64,000 bases of DNA, taken from an uncultured Arcobacter sp. (GTDB lineage Bacteria > Campylobacterota > Campylobacteria > Campylobacterales > Arcobacteraceae). The notes under the pieces are model-generated. The model was not told the DNA's origin. It made no database searches and saw only the letters and a program-made list of their open reading frames with translations. Within the stretch, counting starts at the first letter, position 1; each line of letters opens with the position of its first letter. A program made the translations under genes and the position numbers. Positions 51,901 through 61,679 of the stretch are shown here, in pieces. Location of the stretch: positions 256,001-320,000 of the forward strand of contig OZ223301.1 of the NCBI GenBank assembly GCA_965140705.1. The letters are read 5' to 3'.

Positions 51901-52395
51901 ATGAAAGAAAAAATAAGAAAATATTTAAAAGAGTGTATTATAATCGTATTGATGCTGATTATAGCTATGAATGGTATCAGTTATTATAAAGCACTTGATT
52001 TAAATAAAGGTAGATTAGATATAAATACTTTCACTCTTCTTGATGGAAAAACTTATAATATACCTAAGGACAAACCAATACTTATTCATTTTTGGGCCTC
52101 ATGGTGTCCTATTTGTAAACTTGAAGCTACAAATATAGAAAAAATCTCTAAAGAGTATGAGGTAATAACTATAGCAGTTCAATCTGGAAGTAAAGAAGAG
52201 ATACAAAAGTATTTAAAGGATAATAAACTCACCTTTAAGGTTGTAAATGATGAAGATGGATTTTATTCTCAAAAGTTTAATATCAAAGGTTTCCCTACAA
52301 CATTTATTTATAATAAAGACAAAAAACTAAGATTTAGTGAAGTAGGGTACACAAGTACAATTGGTCTTTATATTAGAATGTTATTATCTTTTTAA
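51901..52395 (+). CDS. TlpA/redoxin thiol-disulfide oxidoreductase
   Basis: N-terminal anchor, FWASWCPIC, FPT cis-Pro. Confidence 0.9.
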   Translation: MKEKIRKYLKECIIIVLMLIIAMNGISYYKALDLNKGRLDINTFTLLDGKTYNIPKDKPILIHFWASWCPICKLEATNIEKISKEYEVITIAVQSGSKEEIQKYLKDNKLTFKVVNDEDGFYSQKFNIKGFPTTFIYNKDKKLRFSEVGYTSTIGLYIRMLLSF

Positions 52396-52543
52396 TATCT
52401 AATAATTAAAATATTTAACACAAAATATCTTCTTCGTTTCTTACATAAATTAGATTATTTTTTTAATAATTTATTAAAAGATTATATAATATATTTTATC
52501 AAAAGAAAAAAATTATCTTTTAGATAATTAGAGGGGATAAAAT

Positions 52544-53710
52544 ATGGTTATAAGAGAGAGTTCAAAACAAGTACAAACTACTAAGTCTTTTCAACACAAA
52601 ACTGAAAAGTGGCTAAATAGCAAAATAAAAGAATCTGGTATAAATTTAAATGGAAATTCAAATTGTGATCCTAAGATTTATAATTTTAAATTTTATTCTA
52701 GAGTTATCAGAGATGGTTCATTGGGCTTAGGTGAATCATATGTTGATGGCTGGTGGGATTGTAAAAATCTTGATGAAATGATATGTAAATTATTGATTTC
52801 TAATATGGAAGATAAAGTAAAGGGTAAATTTATACATATAAAAAATAATCTTTTGGCAAGAATAATCAATATGCAATCAATCAATCGAGCTTTTGAAGTA
52901 GCTCATAAACATTATGATGTGGGAAATGAATTATATGAAAATATGTTAGATGAAACTATGAGTTATTCATGTGGATATTGGAAAAATTCTAATAATCTAC
53001 TGGAAGCTCAGAATGCAAAGCTAGATTTAGTATGTAAAAAACTTCAATTAAAAGATAATGAAGATATTTTAGAAATAGGTTGTGGGTGGGGTAGTTTTGC
53101 TCACTTTGCAACTAAAAATTATAATGTAAAAGTAAAAGGTGTGACTGTTTCATCAGAACAAAAGAAGTTTATAGAACAAAGGTATCCAAATGAACCAATA
53201 GATGTGCAATTGATGGATTATAGAGATATAAGTGGAATATATGATAAGGTTGTATCTATTGGTATGTTTGAGCATGTTGGAGAGAAAAATTATGATATAT
53301 ATTTTAAAACTGCATTTGAACATATGAAAGACGATGGAATCTTTGTTTTACATACTATTGGAAGTGATTTACCAAAAATAGGAACTGATGCTTGGATACA
53401 TAAATATATATTTCCAAATGGACAAATTCCTTCAATATCACAAATTAGTAAGAGTTGTGAAGAGTACTTTGTAATTGAAGATATTCATAATTTTGGTTTA
53501 GATTATGATAAAACACTTATGGCATGGTTTGAAAATTTTGATAAAGTTTGGCCAAAATTAAAAAAAGATTATGATGATAGATTTTATAGAATGTGGACAT
53601 ATTATTTAAAAAGCTGTGCTGGTGCATTTAGGAGTAGAAAGTTACAATTATTTCAAGTAGTATTAAGAAAAAGGTTAAAGCCGCTAAATAAATATAATTC
53701 TGTTAGATAG
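52544..53710 (+). CDS. cfa: Cyclopropane-fatty-acyl-phospholipid synthase
   Basis: GLGESYVDGWW, HYDVGN, YSCGYW, EIGCGWG and GMFEHVG motifs. Confidence 0.95.
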   Translation: MVIRESSKQVQTTKSFQHKTEKWLNSKIKESGINLNGNSNCDPKIYNFKFYSRVIRDGSLGLGESYVDGWWDCKNLDEMICKLLISNMEDKVKGKFIHIKNNLLARIINMQSINRAFEVAHKHYDVGNELYENMLDETMSYSCGYWKNSNNLLEAQNAKLDLVCKKLQLKDNEDILEIGCGWGSFAHFATKNYNVKVKGVTVSSEQKKFIEQRYPNEPIDVQLMDYRDISGIYDKVVSIGMFEHVGEKNYDIYFKTAFEHMKDDGIFVLHTIGSDLPKIGTDAWIHKYIFPNGQIPSISQISKSCEEYFVIEDIHNFGLDYDKTLMAWFENFDKVWPKLKKDYDDRFYRMWTYYLKSCAGAFRSRKLQLFQVVLRKRLKPLNKYNSVR

Positions 53711-53756
53711 CAAGATTCGGATTGTAAATTTTTGTTTTAAATAATATACTTTTATT

Positions 53757-54587
53757 ATGAATAAACTAGAAGAAAAAAGCAAATACTACGAAGATATTAA
53801 AAAAGCTATTGAATATTTTGATGAAAACTACTCTTTTCAACCAAACTTGGATGAGGTAGCTAAATATGTAGGAATGAGTAAACATCATTTTTCAAGAATA
53901 TTTAAAGAGTATGTGGGAGTAACTCCCATGCAGTTTTTACAAGCAACTACTTTTTCTTATGCAAAAGAGAAACTTCTTAATTCTAAATCTATACTTGATA
54001 CTTCTATTGATTTGGGATTATCAAGTTCTAGTAGACTACATGAACTCTTTGTTAATTTTATAGGAGTGACACCAAATGAATACAAAAAAATGGGTGAAAA
54101 TCTTGATATAACTTATGGTTTGGGATTTTCGACTTTTGGTAAAACTATGATTGCAAGTACTAAAAAAGGCGTATGTGCTTTGGAGTTTTATGATGATAGT
54201 TGTGCTGAGGTTTTAAAGAGACTCAAATCCTCTTGGGAGAGTGCAAATTTTATCCAAGATGATAAAAAAGCTCAAGAGTTATTGGATAAAATTTTTATTA
54301 ATAATGAAAAAACAGATATTTTTATAAAAGGAACAAATTTTCAAATAAATGTTTGGAAAGCACTATTCAATATTCCCAAAGGTAAAGTTTTAAATTATTC
54401 AGATATAGCAAATTTACTTGGTAAACCAAAAGCAGTAAGAGCAGTAGCAAGTGCAATTGGAGTAAATCATATTGCTTATTTAATCCCTTGTCATAGAGTT
54501 ATTTCAAAAAGTGCAACAATGGCTGGATATAGATGGGGAATAGAAAGAAAAAGAGTTATATTAGCGTATGAAGAAGTAGAAGATTAA
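53757..54587 (+). CDS. Ada-like AraC-HTH / O6-methylguanine-DNA methyltransferase fusion
   Basis: AraC HTH (HFSRIFKEYVGVTP) plus the PCHRV active site; no N-terminal Zn-Ada domain. Confidence 0.9.
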   Translation: MNKLEEKSKYYEDIKKAIEYFDENYSFQPNLDEVAKYVGMSKHHFSRIFKEYVGVTPMQFLQATTFSYAKEKLLNSKSILDTSIDLGLSSSSRLHELFVNFIGVTPNEYKKMGENLDITYGLGFSTFGKTMIASTKKGVCALEFYDDSCAEVLKRLKSSWESANFIQDDKKAQELLDKIFINNEKTDIFIKGTNFQINVWKALFNIPKGKVLNYSDIANLLGKPKAVRAVASAIGVNHIAYLIPCHRVISKSATMAGYRWGIERKRVILAYEEVED

Positions 54588-54626
54588 GCATCTTTATAAA
54601 GTTTAATCTTCTATCTCTTTTTTAGA

Positions 54627-56750
54627 TTATTTATAAGAAAAATGTTTTCTTAATTTAGTATTTTCTTTACCTTCGAACTCTTTATTTTGTGCATCATTGA
54701 TAATCTCTTTTGCCAATGAGTCAGTTTCTATTGCAATAGTATTTGTTTTTGATGCAATAGAAGCATTTTGTTGTGTTTGCTGGTCAAGTTGATTTATTGC
54801 ATCATTTATTTGTTTAATACCAACCTCTTGTTCTTTACTAGATATTGAAATATCATTGATTTTTTTTGTTGCATTCTCGATATTTACTAACAATAAATTA
54901 TACCCTTCAATCATATTAGTACTAATGCCTTTACCTTCATTTGTTTTAGTTGTAGCATTTTCTACTAATGATTTTATCTCTTTTGCAGCTTCAGCACTTC
55001 TTGAAGCTAAGTTTCTAACCTCTTGTGCTACAACTGCAAATCCTTTTCCTGCTTCTCCAGCTGTTGCTGCTTCAACTGCTGCATTTAGAGAAAGAATATT
55101 TGTCTGGAAAGCTATTTGATCAATGATTGTAATTGCTTCATTTATCATTGTAACTTGTGTTGTAATCTCTTCCATTGCTTTTGCTGTATTTGATGCTTGG
55201 GCTTGACCTTGTTTTGCAGAGTCAGTTAAATTAGTAGCAAAGTTATTCATTTCAACAATATTTTGAGCATTGCTTATAATTGTACTTGTAATCTCTTCTA
55301 AGGCAGCAGCAGTCTCTTCTAACGAGGCAGCTGCTGATGTTGAAGAGTTATTTAATGTATGAACATTAGATATTAAAGTATTTGATGAATCTCCTAACGT
55401 TAAACCAATCTCCAAAGATTTTTTAAGAAGTTCAGAGATACTATCTCCTAGGCTATTTACCCCTCTAGCAAGTTTTTCTAGGTGAGCTTTCTTATTATCT
55501 ATAGAAACTTTTGTTTTATAATTAGAATTTGAATAATCAGACATTACTTTTAATATGTCATCGATATTCCTTTCTAAATGTATACTCATATTATTCATGA
55601 TAGATGTTAGTTCATTTAATGAAGGATTTGATGATTTCTGATTGATTTTTGGAGTAAAATCACCTTCTTCATAACTTTTTAATATATTAATTGAATTATT
55701 AATAAGATCTCTATCTTCTTCCATCTCTTTTTCAATAAGTTTGATTTGTTTGTTAATAACTTCTGCCATTTGACCAATTTCATCTTTTGAATCAACTTCT
55801 AATGGAATTACAGAGTTAACCTCTCTACTTAAATATTTGAAAAAGTTAAATAAACCATCTTTAAAAGTTTCAATATTTTTTACGATAGATTTAACAGTTA
55901 TTATAGAGAAAAATGCAATAACAATTATAAATATTACTCCAATTATAATTAAGAGTTTTTCTAAAGCTTTTATTTTTGATTTTACCTCACTACTAACATA
56001 AGTTGCTAGTTTTTTTAGTATATCTTCAGTTTGGTGAATTGTTTGTCTCATATCACCTTGAATTCCTTGTTTACTAGTTAATCCTATTAGTTCTTCTGCT
56101 TTAACTAGAGCTAAGAAGTCATTTTTGTAATTATTTAAATCCGTAGAAATATTTTCAGTAATAAATTCTTTAGTAAGTAATTTGTCAATCTTCTCTTTAA
56201 AATTATTAACATATTTTAAATTACGTCTAAGCATAAAATCTTTTTCTTGTTTTCTTAAGTCATATACCATAGATAATAATTCATGATTTTTGGTTTTTTT
56301 AGCGCTATCTTGTACGCTATGAACACTATTTCTTAAACTTCCATATAATCCCATTTTTTCATTGAGTCCAATTTCAACTTGTGATTTTACAAAACTAGAA
56401 AACTTAGATTGATAATCAACTATTACTTTTTTGAAGTTTTCCACATATTTTGTATCAAAATCATCTTCAGCTAAGTTAGATTCTAAGGATTTGATATGTG
56501 AGTTTATTACTGAAATATTTTTATTAAATTTATCTACATAACTCATATCTTTACGAAGAATAAAATCTTTTTCATTTCTTCTAAGCATCAACATATCAGA
56601 TTTTAATATTTCAATTATTATTTTACCTTCATCTAGTTTTTCAATTTTTATTGATGATAAATAAAAAAATGAAAGAAAAAATATTAATCCCACTATACTG
56701 ATTATTGTTGAAATTATAAGTTTCATTTTTATACTTAGTTTACTAAACAT
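54627..56750 (-). CDS. Methyl-accepting chemotaxis protein
   Basis: Two TM segments, repeated LRR/KxEKDF sensor motif, [30 protein letters not shown]. Confidence 0.95.
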   Translation of the reverse strand: MFSKLSIKMKLIISTIISIVGLIFFLSFFYLSSIKIEKLDEGKIIIEILKSDMLMLRRNEKDFILRKDMSYVDKFNKNISVINSHIKSLESNLAEDDFDTKYVENFKKVIVDYQSKFSSFVKSQVEIGLNEKMGLYGSLRNSVHSVQDSAKKTKNHELLSMVYDLRKQEKDFMLRRNLKYVNNFKEKIDKLLTKEFITENISTDLNNYKNDFLALVKAEELIGLTSKQGIQGDMRQTIHQTEDILKKLATYVSSEVKSKIKALEKLLIIIGVIFIIVIAFFSIITVKSIVKNIETFKDGLFNFFKYLSREVNSVIPLEVDSKDEIGQMAEVINKQIKLIEKEMEEDRDLINNSINILKSYEEGDFTPKINQKSSNPSLNELTSIMNNMSIHLERNIDDILKVMSDYSNSNYKTKVSIDNKKAHLEKLARGVNSLGDSISELLKKSLEIGLTLGDSSNTLISNVHTLNNSSTSAAASLEETAAALEEITSTIISNAQNIVEMNNFATNLTDSAKQGQAQASNTAKAMEEITTQVTMINEAITIIDQIAFQTNILSLNAAVEAATAGEAGKGFAVVAQEVRNLASRSAEAAKEIKSLVENATTKTNEGKGISTNMIEGYNLLLVNIENATKKINDISISSKEQEVGIKQINDAINQLDQQTQQNASIASKTNTIAIETDSLAKEIINDAQNKEFEGKENTKLRKHFSYK

Positions 56751-56880
56751 TTTAATCCTTCTTTATATTAATGTTAAATTAATACAATCTGAATTTAACA
56801 TTAAATATCTTATAGCTAAATTTAAAAAATAGATTAGATAAATAAAGAAAAATAAATTTTAGGTATCATAGAGAAAGAAA

Positions 56881-56906
56881 ATCCAGTTAATAATTTTTAA
56901 CTGGAT
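56881..56906 (-). terminator. Terminator of the small basic ORF
   Basis: ATCCAGTTAA-TAATTT-TTAACTGGAT, followed by TTTCTTT on the minus strand. Confidence 0.7.
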
Positions 56907-56932
56907 AATTCCTATTTTAAGTTCAAATATTA

Positions 56933-57034
56933 TTATTTTGAAGCTTTTTTAGCCTTTTTGTCAGCTCTTTTTTCTTTTAATGATTTTGCAGGTTCTGTTT
57001 TAACAGATTTCTGTACATCTTTTCCTTTTGCCAT
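56933..57034 (-). CDS. 33-aa Lys-rich small protein (absent from the ORF track)
   Basis: MAKGKDVQKSVKTEPAKSLKEKRADKKAKKASK*, AAGGA RBS, own terminator. Confidence 0.75.
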   Translation of the reverse strand: MAKGKDVQKSVKTEPAKSLKEKRADKKAKKASK

Positions 57035-57258
57035 TTTAGTTCCTTTCTTTAAGTTATTAGTTCAGTATATCTTAATAGACTAAATAAAGTATTGTGAAAA
57101 ATATCTAATAAGTATTTTAAAAAATTTCATCACCATTTAAGAGAAAATTAATTAGAATACTAATACCTAAGTTTAAGTTTATTCCAAGGTTTGGAACGAC
57201 AATATTATTATAATTGTCTTAGCTACTTTATTTGGAAACTATTATTTTAAGGTTTTTT

Positions 57259-57810
57259 ATGCTTCGAAGTAAACGAATCCTTCTTTTAAGTCATTGTTTA
57301 TTTAATGTAAATGCAAAGGTCTATAAACTTGCAAACTATGAAGGCTGCTTTGAGTCTCTTCTTTCTCCTTTGATGAAAGCTGGTTATGGTTTTATTCAAC
57401 TTCCTTGTCCTGAACTAATTACTTGTGGTGTTAATCGATGGGGACAAGTAAAAGAACAATATGAAACTGAGTTTTTTAAAGAACAGTATAAATCCTTATT
57501 AAAATCAATTATCTTTCAACTTCTTGATTATAAAAATAATGGTTACACAATTTCAGGCTGTATAGGTATTGATGGTAGTCCTAACTGTGGCATAACAAAA
57601 ACATCTCGTGGAAAATGGGGTGGAGAAATAGATGATACATTTAACTTAGAAGAAACCTTATCTTCTACAAGAAGTGTCAATGAAAAGGGTGTTTACATGG
57701 AGGTCTTTTCTGAACTTTTGGATAGAAATAATTTAAACTTAAAATTTTATGCTGTAGATGAAGCAGACCCAAGTTCATCAGTAGAGAATATATTAAAGGA
57801 ACTTTTATGA
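57259..57810 (+). CDS. TudS/DUF523-related Fe-S desulfidase-like protein (CD3072 type)
   Basis: SHCL, QLPCPE, GIDGSPNCG and GVYM motifs; ATG at 57259. Confidence 0.78.
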   Translation: MLRSKRILLLSHCLFNVNAKVYKLANYEGCFESLLSPLMKAGYGFIQLPCPELITCGVNRWGQVKEQYETEFFKEQYKSLLKSIIFQLLDYKNNGYTISGCIGIDGSPNCGITKTSRGKWGGEIDDTFNLEETLSSTRSVNEKGVYMEVFSELLDRNNLNLKFYAVDEADPSSSVENILKELL

Positions 57811-58532
57811 AAAAAATTATTGCAGTTGTTTTATTGGCATTTGGTATTTTTGCCCATGCCCAAAAAGATAGTATTACAGTTGGACTTTGTGCTGCTTATC
57901 CTCCATTTGAATCAAGAGATGAAATGAGTGGAAAAATTGTTGGTTTTGATATTGACTTAGCCAAAGAAATAGGAAAAGTTATAAACAAAAAAATAGTGAT
58001 TAAAGATGCTGAATGGCAAGCATTACTTGGTGGATTAAAAAACAATAATTTTGATGTTATTATAAGTGCTATGAGTCGTCAAGAAGCAGGAGCAAATAAT
58101 GTGAATCTTTCTGATACTTATTATTTGTTAAATGATGTACTTGTTGTTAGAAAAGATGATAAAAGTATAAAATCAAAAGAAGATTTAAAAGGTAAAAGTG
58201 TTGGTGTTCAACTAGGTAGTGGAAGTGAGCAAATAGTTGATAAATTAAATGATTTAGGAAAAGTGGCAAGATATAATTACAATCCAGAAGCTTTTTTAGA
58301 TTTAAAACATAAAAGAATTGATGCTGTTGTAGTAGGTTATGCATATGCATTGACTCAAAAAGATTTTAACAAAGAATACAAAATAGTTGATAATTTAGCT
58401 CCATCTCAATTGGTTGCTGTAATGAAAAAAGGCAATGACTCTTTAACAAAAGAGATAAATAGTGCTTTAAAAACACTAAAAGATAATGGAACTTATGACA
58501 AACTAGTTAAAAAATGGTTGGCAGTAAAATAA
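57807..58532 (+). CDS. Polar amino-acid ABC transporter substrate-binding protein
   Basis: Signal peptide, YPPFE, GFDIDL, GVQLGS and GTYDKLVKKW motifs. Confidence 0.92.
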   Translation: MKKIIAVVLLAFGIFAHAQKDSITVGLCAAYPPFESRDEMSGKIVGFDIDLAKEIGKVINKKIVIKDAEWQALLGGLKNNNFDVIISAMSRQEAGANNVNLSDTYYLLNDVLVVRKDDKSIKSKEDLKGKSVGVQLGSGSEQIVDKLNDLGKVARYNYNPEAFLDLKHKRIDAVVVGYAYALTQKDFNKEYKIVDNLAPSQLVAVMKKGNDSLTKEINSALKTLKDNGTYDKLVKKWLAVK

Positions 58533-59186
58533 GTGAATTTTAATGTAGTATATGAAAACCTAGGATTTTTACTAGAAGCTTCATGGCTGACAATATATTT
58601 GTCTTTTGTCTCTTTTGTGATAGCTTTTTTTATTGGCTTGATTATTGGGACATTGAAAAGTTTTAAAATACCTAAAGTAATTAATTCTATTTTTTCAATC
58701 TACATTGAGATATTTAGAGGAACACCACTTCTAATACAACTTTTTTTTATATATTATGGTTTACCTCAAATTGGCATTACAATGTCAAGTCATGAAGCTG
58801 CAATAATAGGATTATCTCTAAATTTTGGTGCATACATGTCTGAAATTGTTCGTTCTGGAGTAACTTCCATAGAAAAAGGACAGTATGAAGCTGCAAAATC
58901 TCTGGGATTGAGTCCTTTGCATATGTTATTTTACATTATATATCCTCAAGCTTTGCGTATTGTTTTACCCTCTATTACAAATTCATATGCAGCGATTCTA
59001 AAGGATAGTTCATTAGTCTCAGTTCTTTCAATAACAGAGTTGACAAGAGCTGGTCAATTGATTTATGTGAGAACCTATGAACCCTTTGAAATATATCTTA
59101 CTCTTGGTGTATTTTATTTTATCATGACTTATTTAGTTGCAATTTTTTCAAAATATCTTGAAAAAAGAATGAATTATTCTTTTTAA
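58533..59186 (+). CDS. Amino-acid ABC transporter permease
   Basis: FRGTPLLIQL, GQYEAAKSLG and LKDSSL motifs. Confidence 0.93.
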   Translation: MNFNVVYENLGFLLEASWLTIYLSFVSFVIAFFIGLIIGTLKSFKIPKVINSIFSIYIEIFRGTPLLIQLFFIYYGLPQIGITMSSHEAAIIGLSLNFGAYMSEIVRSGVTSIEKGQYEAAKSLGLSPLHMLFYIIYPQALRIVLPSITNSYAAILKDSSLVSVLSITELTRAGQLIYVRTYEPFEIYLTLGVFYFIMTYLVAIFSKYLEKRMNYSF

Positions 59187-59253
59187 AACTTAACTAAATA
59201 TTAAAATAATACTTAAGTATAATAGTTTAATAATTATTTAGGTAATATTCTTT

Positions 59254-59424
59254 ATGAAACATTTAAGAGGTTATAAAAAACGATACTTTTCGTTAGCAAT
59301 TATTGCAATGTATTCGACTTTATTTAAGTTGTGTACTATAGATAATAATAGACAATACCATCTTAAAGCTATAAAATTCCAAGAGTATAAAACTTCTCCT
59401 CCCTTACTAACTTTAAATTACTAA
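59254..59424 (+). CDS. Putative 56-aa leader ORF upstream of the cbi operon (absent from the ORF track)
   Basis: MKHLRGYKKRYFSLAIIAMYSTLFKLCTIDNNRQYHLKAIKFQEYKTSPPLLTLNY*; TATAAT at 59218-59223 upstream. Confidence 0.5.
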   Translation: MKHLRGYKKRYFSLAIIAMYSTLFKLCTIDNNRQYHLKAIKFQEYKTSPPLLTLNY

Positions 59425-59493
59425 TTAAAACAATCATCTCATATAGTTAAATCTATAAACACATTTAAAATATTTATAATACAAGGACGAATC

Positions 59494-60192
59494 ATGCATA
59501 TAGAATCAGGTGTAGTGCAAGGTGCAAAAATCTTATTGAGTTATGGAACAGCTGCTGTTTCATTTGGAATTGCTATAAAAATGGCATTAAATAGTATAAA
59601 AAATAGTGGGGTAATTCCATTTATTGTTAAAACTATAATTTCTACAATTTTAGTTTTTATATTTTTTGAGGTACTTCCCCATTATCCAGTAGGAGTTTCA
59701 GAAGTTCATCTAATCTTAGGTTCAACTCTATTTTTAATATTTGGTGCTAGTTCAGCTGCTTTTGGTTTGGCTTTAGGTCTTTTGATTCAAGGAGTATTTT
59801 TCGCACCCTTTGATTTACCACAATATGGTATGAATGTAACAACTATTCTTATGCCTTTATTTGCAATGGGCTATTTAGCAAAAAGAGTTATTCCTCAAAA
59901 TATTGCATACAAAGATATTGCTTATAAAGATACTTTAAAATTATCACTTGCCTACCAAGGTGGAATTGTAACTTGGGTTGCTTTTTGGGCACTTTATGGA
60001 CAAGGTTTTGGAATAGAAAATCTAAGTGCAGTTGCTACTTTTGGAATCTCATATATGAGTGTTGTAATTTTAGAACCACTTATTGATTTAGCTGTGCTTG
60101 CAGGTGCAAAAACACTTGGAAAATTAGAAAATAGTCCTTTTGTAGAAAAAAGACTTTATAAAGCAGTTGCACTGAAAAATGAAAAGATATAG
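59494..60192 (+). CDS. cbiM: CbiM-like cobalt transporter (ECF S component)
   Basis: N-terminal MHI metal-binding motif, VGVSEVHLILG, multi-TM; heads the cbi operon. Confidence 0.82.
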   Translation: MHIESGVVQGAKILLSYGTAAVSFGIAIKMALNSIKNSGVIPFIVKTIISTILVFIFFEVLPHYPVGVSEVHLILGSTLFLIFGASSAAFGLALGLLIQGVFFAPFDLPQYGMNVTTILMPLFAMGYLAKRVIPQNIAYKDIAYKDTLKLSLAYQGGIVTWVAFWALYGQGFGIENLSAVATFGISYMSVVILEPLIDLAVLAGAKTLGKLENSPFVEKRLYKAVALKNEKI

Positions 60193-60997
60193 ACACTATA
60201 AAAAAGATAAAGCAATAATTTTATCGTGTTTTGGTTCTATAATTGAACAACAAAAATATTTAGACTTAAAAAAGAGTATTGAAGAGCAATTTGAAGGAAT
60301 TGATGTCTTTATAGCTATTAGCTCTAGAATGGTTTTAAAAGGTTTGATTAAACATGGATTTGAGTACAAAAATTTAGCTCAAACAATAGCAGATGTTGAT
60401 ATGCATGGATATAAGAATATTATAGTTGCTTCTATAAATCTTTTTCCAGCTTGTGAACATGAGCTTTTGAAGAAGACTGTTGAAGGATTTAGACATTTTT
60501 CATTTTCAAATATTAGATTGTCAAATGCAATTTTTACAAGAACAAAAGATACAACACTTTTTTTAAAAGAACTTGATGAAAGAGTTTCGAAAAAAAATAC
60601 AGCAAATTTATATGTGATACATGGAACTCCAAAGTTAGAACTTGGAGGATTAGAATCAGTTACTTATAGTGCTAGGTATTTAGAACAAAAAAGAAAAGGA
60701 AATTATGCTTGTTCTCTAGAAGGTGCTTTTCCTTTTTTTGCTATTAAAGATGAACTTATAAAAAGAATAAAAAAAGATGGTTTTAAAAAAGTTCAAATAG
60801 TACCTATGCTTTTAGTAAGTGGAAATCACTACATAAATGATATGGCTGAAATAAGTAAAGAGTTAGGTGAACATTTTAAAACAAAAATTGCAAAAAGTCT
60901 AAGTAAGGATGAAAAGTTTAATCTTTTACAAATGCCAACAATAAAAGAGATTATTGTTAATAACATAAAAGAAGAGATAATAAAACTTGGACACTAA
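60179..60997 (+). CDS. cbiK: Sirohydrochlorin cobaltochelatase
   Basis: SCFGS, IHGT and PMLLVSGNHYINDM (two catalytic His). Confidence 0.82.
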   Translation: MKRYRHYKKDKAIILSCFGSIIEQQKYLDLKKSIEEQFEGIDVFIAISSRMVLKGLIKHGFEYKNLAQTIADVDMHGYKNIIVASINLFPACEHELLKKTVEGFRHFSFSNIRLSNAIFTRTKDTTLFLKELDERVSKKNTANLYVIHGTPKLELGGLESVTYSARYLEQKRKGNYACSLEGAFPFFAIKDELIKRIKKDGFKKVQIVPMLLVSGNHYINDMAEISKELGEHFKTKIAKSLSKDEKFNLLQMPTIKEIIVNNIKEEIIKLGH

Positions 60998-61679
60998 AAC
61001 AAAATTATATATGGTTTCACTAGGTCCTGCAAATTGGGAACTTGTGACCATAAAAGCCTTAAAGGCACTCCAAACATGCGGTGCTATTTGTATCCCTACT
61101 AAAAGTAAGGATCATAGCTTTACAAGGTCAATTACATATAAAATCATAAAAGACTTGATGGATGAATATGGTTTTTCAAAACCTATTATTCCAGTATACG
61201 CACCTATGCATTTTAAGAAAAAAGATTGGCAATATCAAGTAGATATTTTAGAAGATGGAATAAAAAAGTATGAAAGTGTATCTTTTGTGACACTTGGAGA
61301 TGCAGCTGTATATAGTACAGTATATTATTTACTTGATATGATTAAAAAACAAAATAAAAAATTATATAAAAGAAGTGAAGTAATTGCAGGAATCACATCT
61401 TTTTCTTATGCCTCTTCAAGGGTAAAAAAGCCCTTATGTTTAGGTGATAATAGATTTGAGATTATTCCTTTACTTGGTAAAGATGTTCCTAGTACAAAAG
61501 TATATATGCGACCAAAAGTTGGACTTGATACCAAACATATGCAAGAAGATGGGACAATGTATACATTTCAAAATCTAAATTTTGCAGGGGAACATATCCA
61601 AAAAGGGAAAATACAAAAAGTAGAAAAATATATGACACTTTTTATAGATTTTTTAAAAACAAAAAAAGGTAAAAAATAA
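60987..61679 (+). CDS. cbiL: Cobalt-precorrin-2 C20-methyltransferase
   Basis: SLGPANWELVTIKA, TLGDAAVYST and AGITSF motifs. Confidence 0.85.
   Translation: MDTKTKLYMVSLGPANWELVTIKALKALQTCGAICIPTKSKDHSFTRSITYKIIKDLMDEYGFSKPIIPVYAPMHFKKKDWQYQVDILEDGIKKYESVSFVTLGDAAVYSTVYYLLDMIKKQNKKLYKRSEVIAGITSFSYASSRVKKPLCLGDNRFEIIPLLGKDVPSTKVYMRPKVGLDTKHMQEDGTMYTFQNLNFAGEHIQKGKIQKVEKYMTLFIDFLKTKKGKK

Noticed and set aside
57215..57240. preQ1-I riboswitch suggested by the TTAGCTAC similarity
   Set aside because: The required P1 stem and 3' A-rich tail are absent.
59187..59493. Cobalamin riboswitch upstream of cbiM
   Set aside because: The conserved B12-box motifs and GC-rich stems are not visible; a leader ORF is reported instead.
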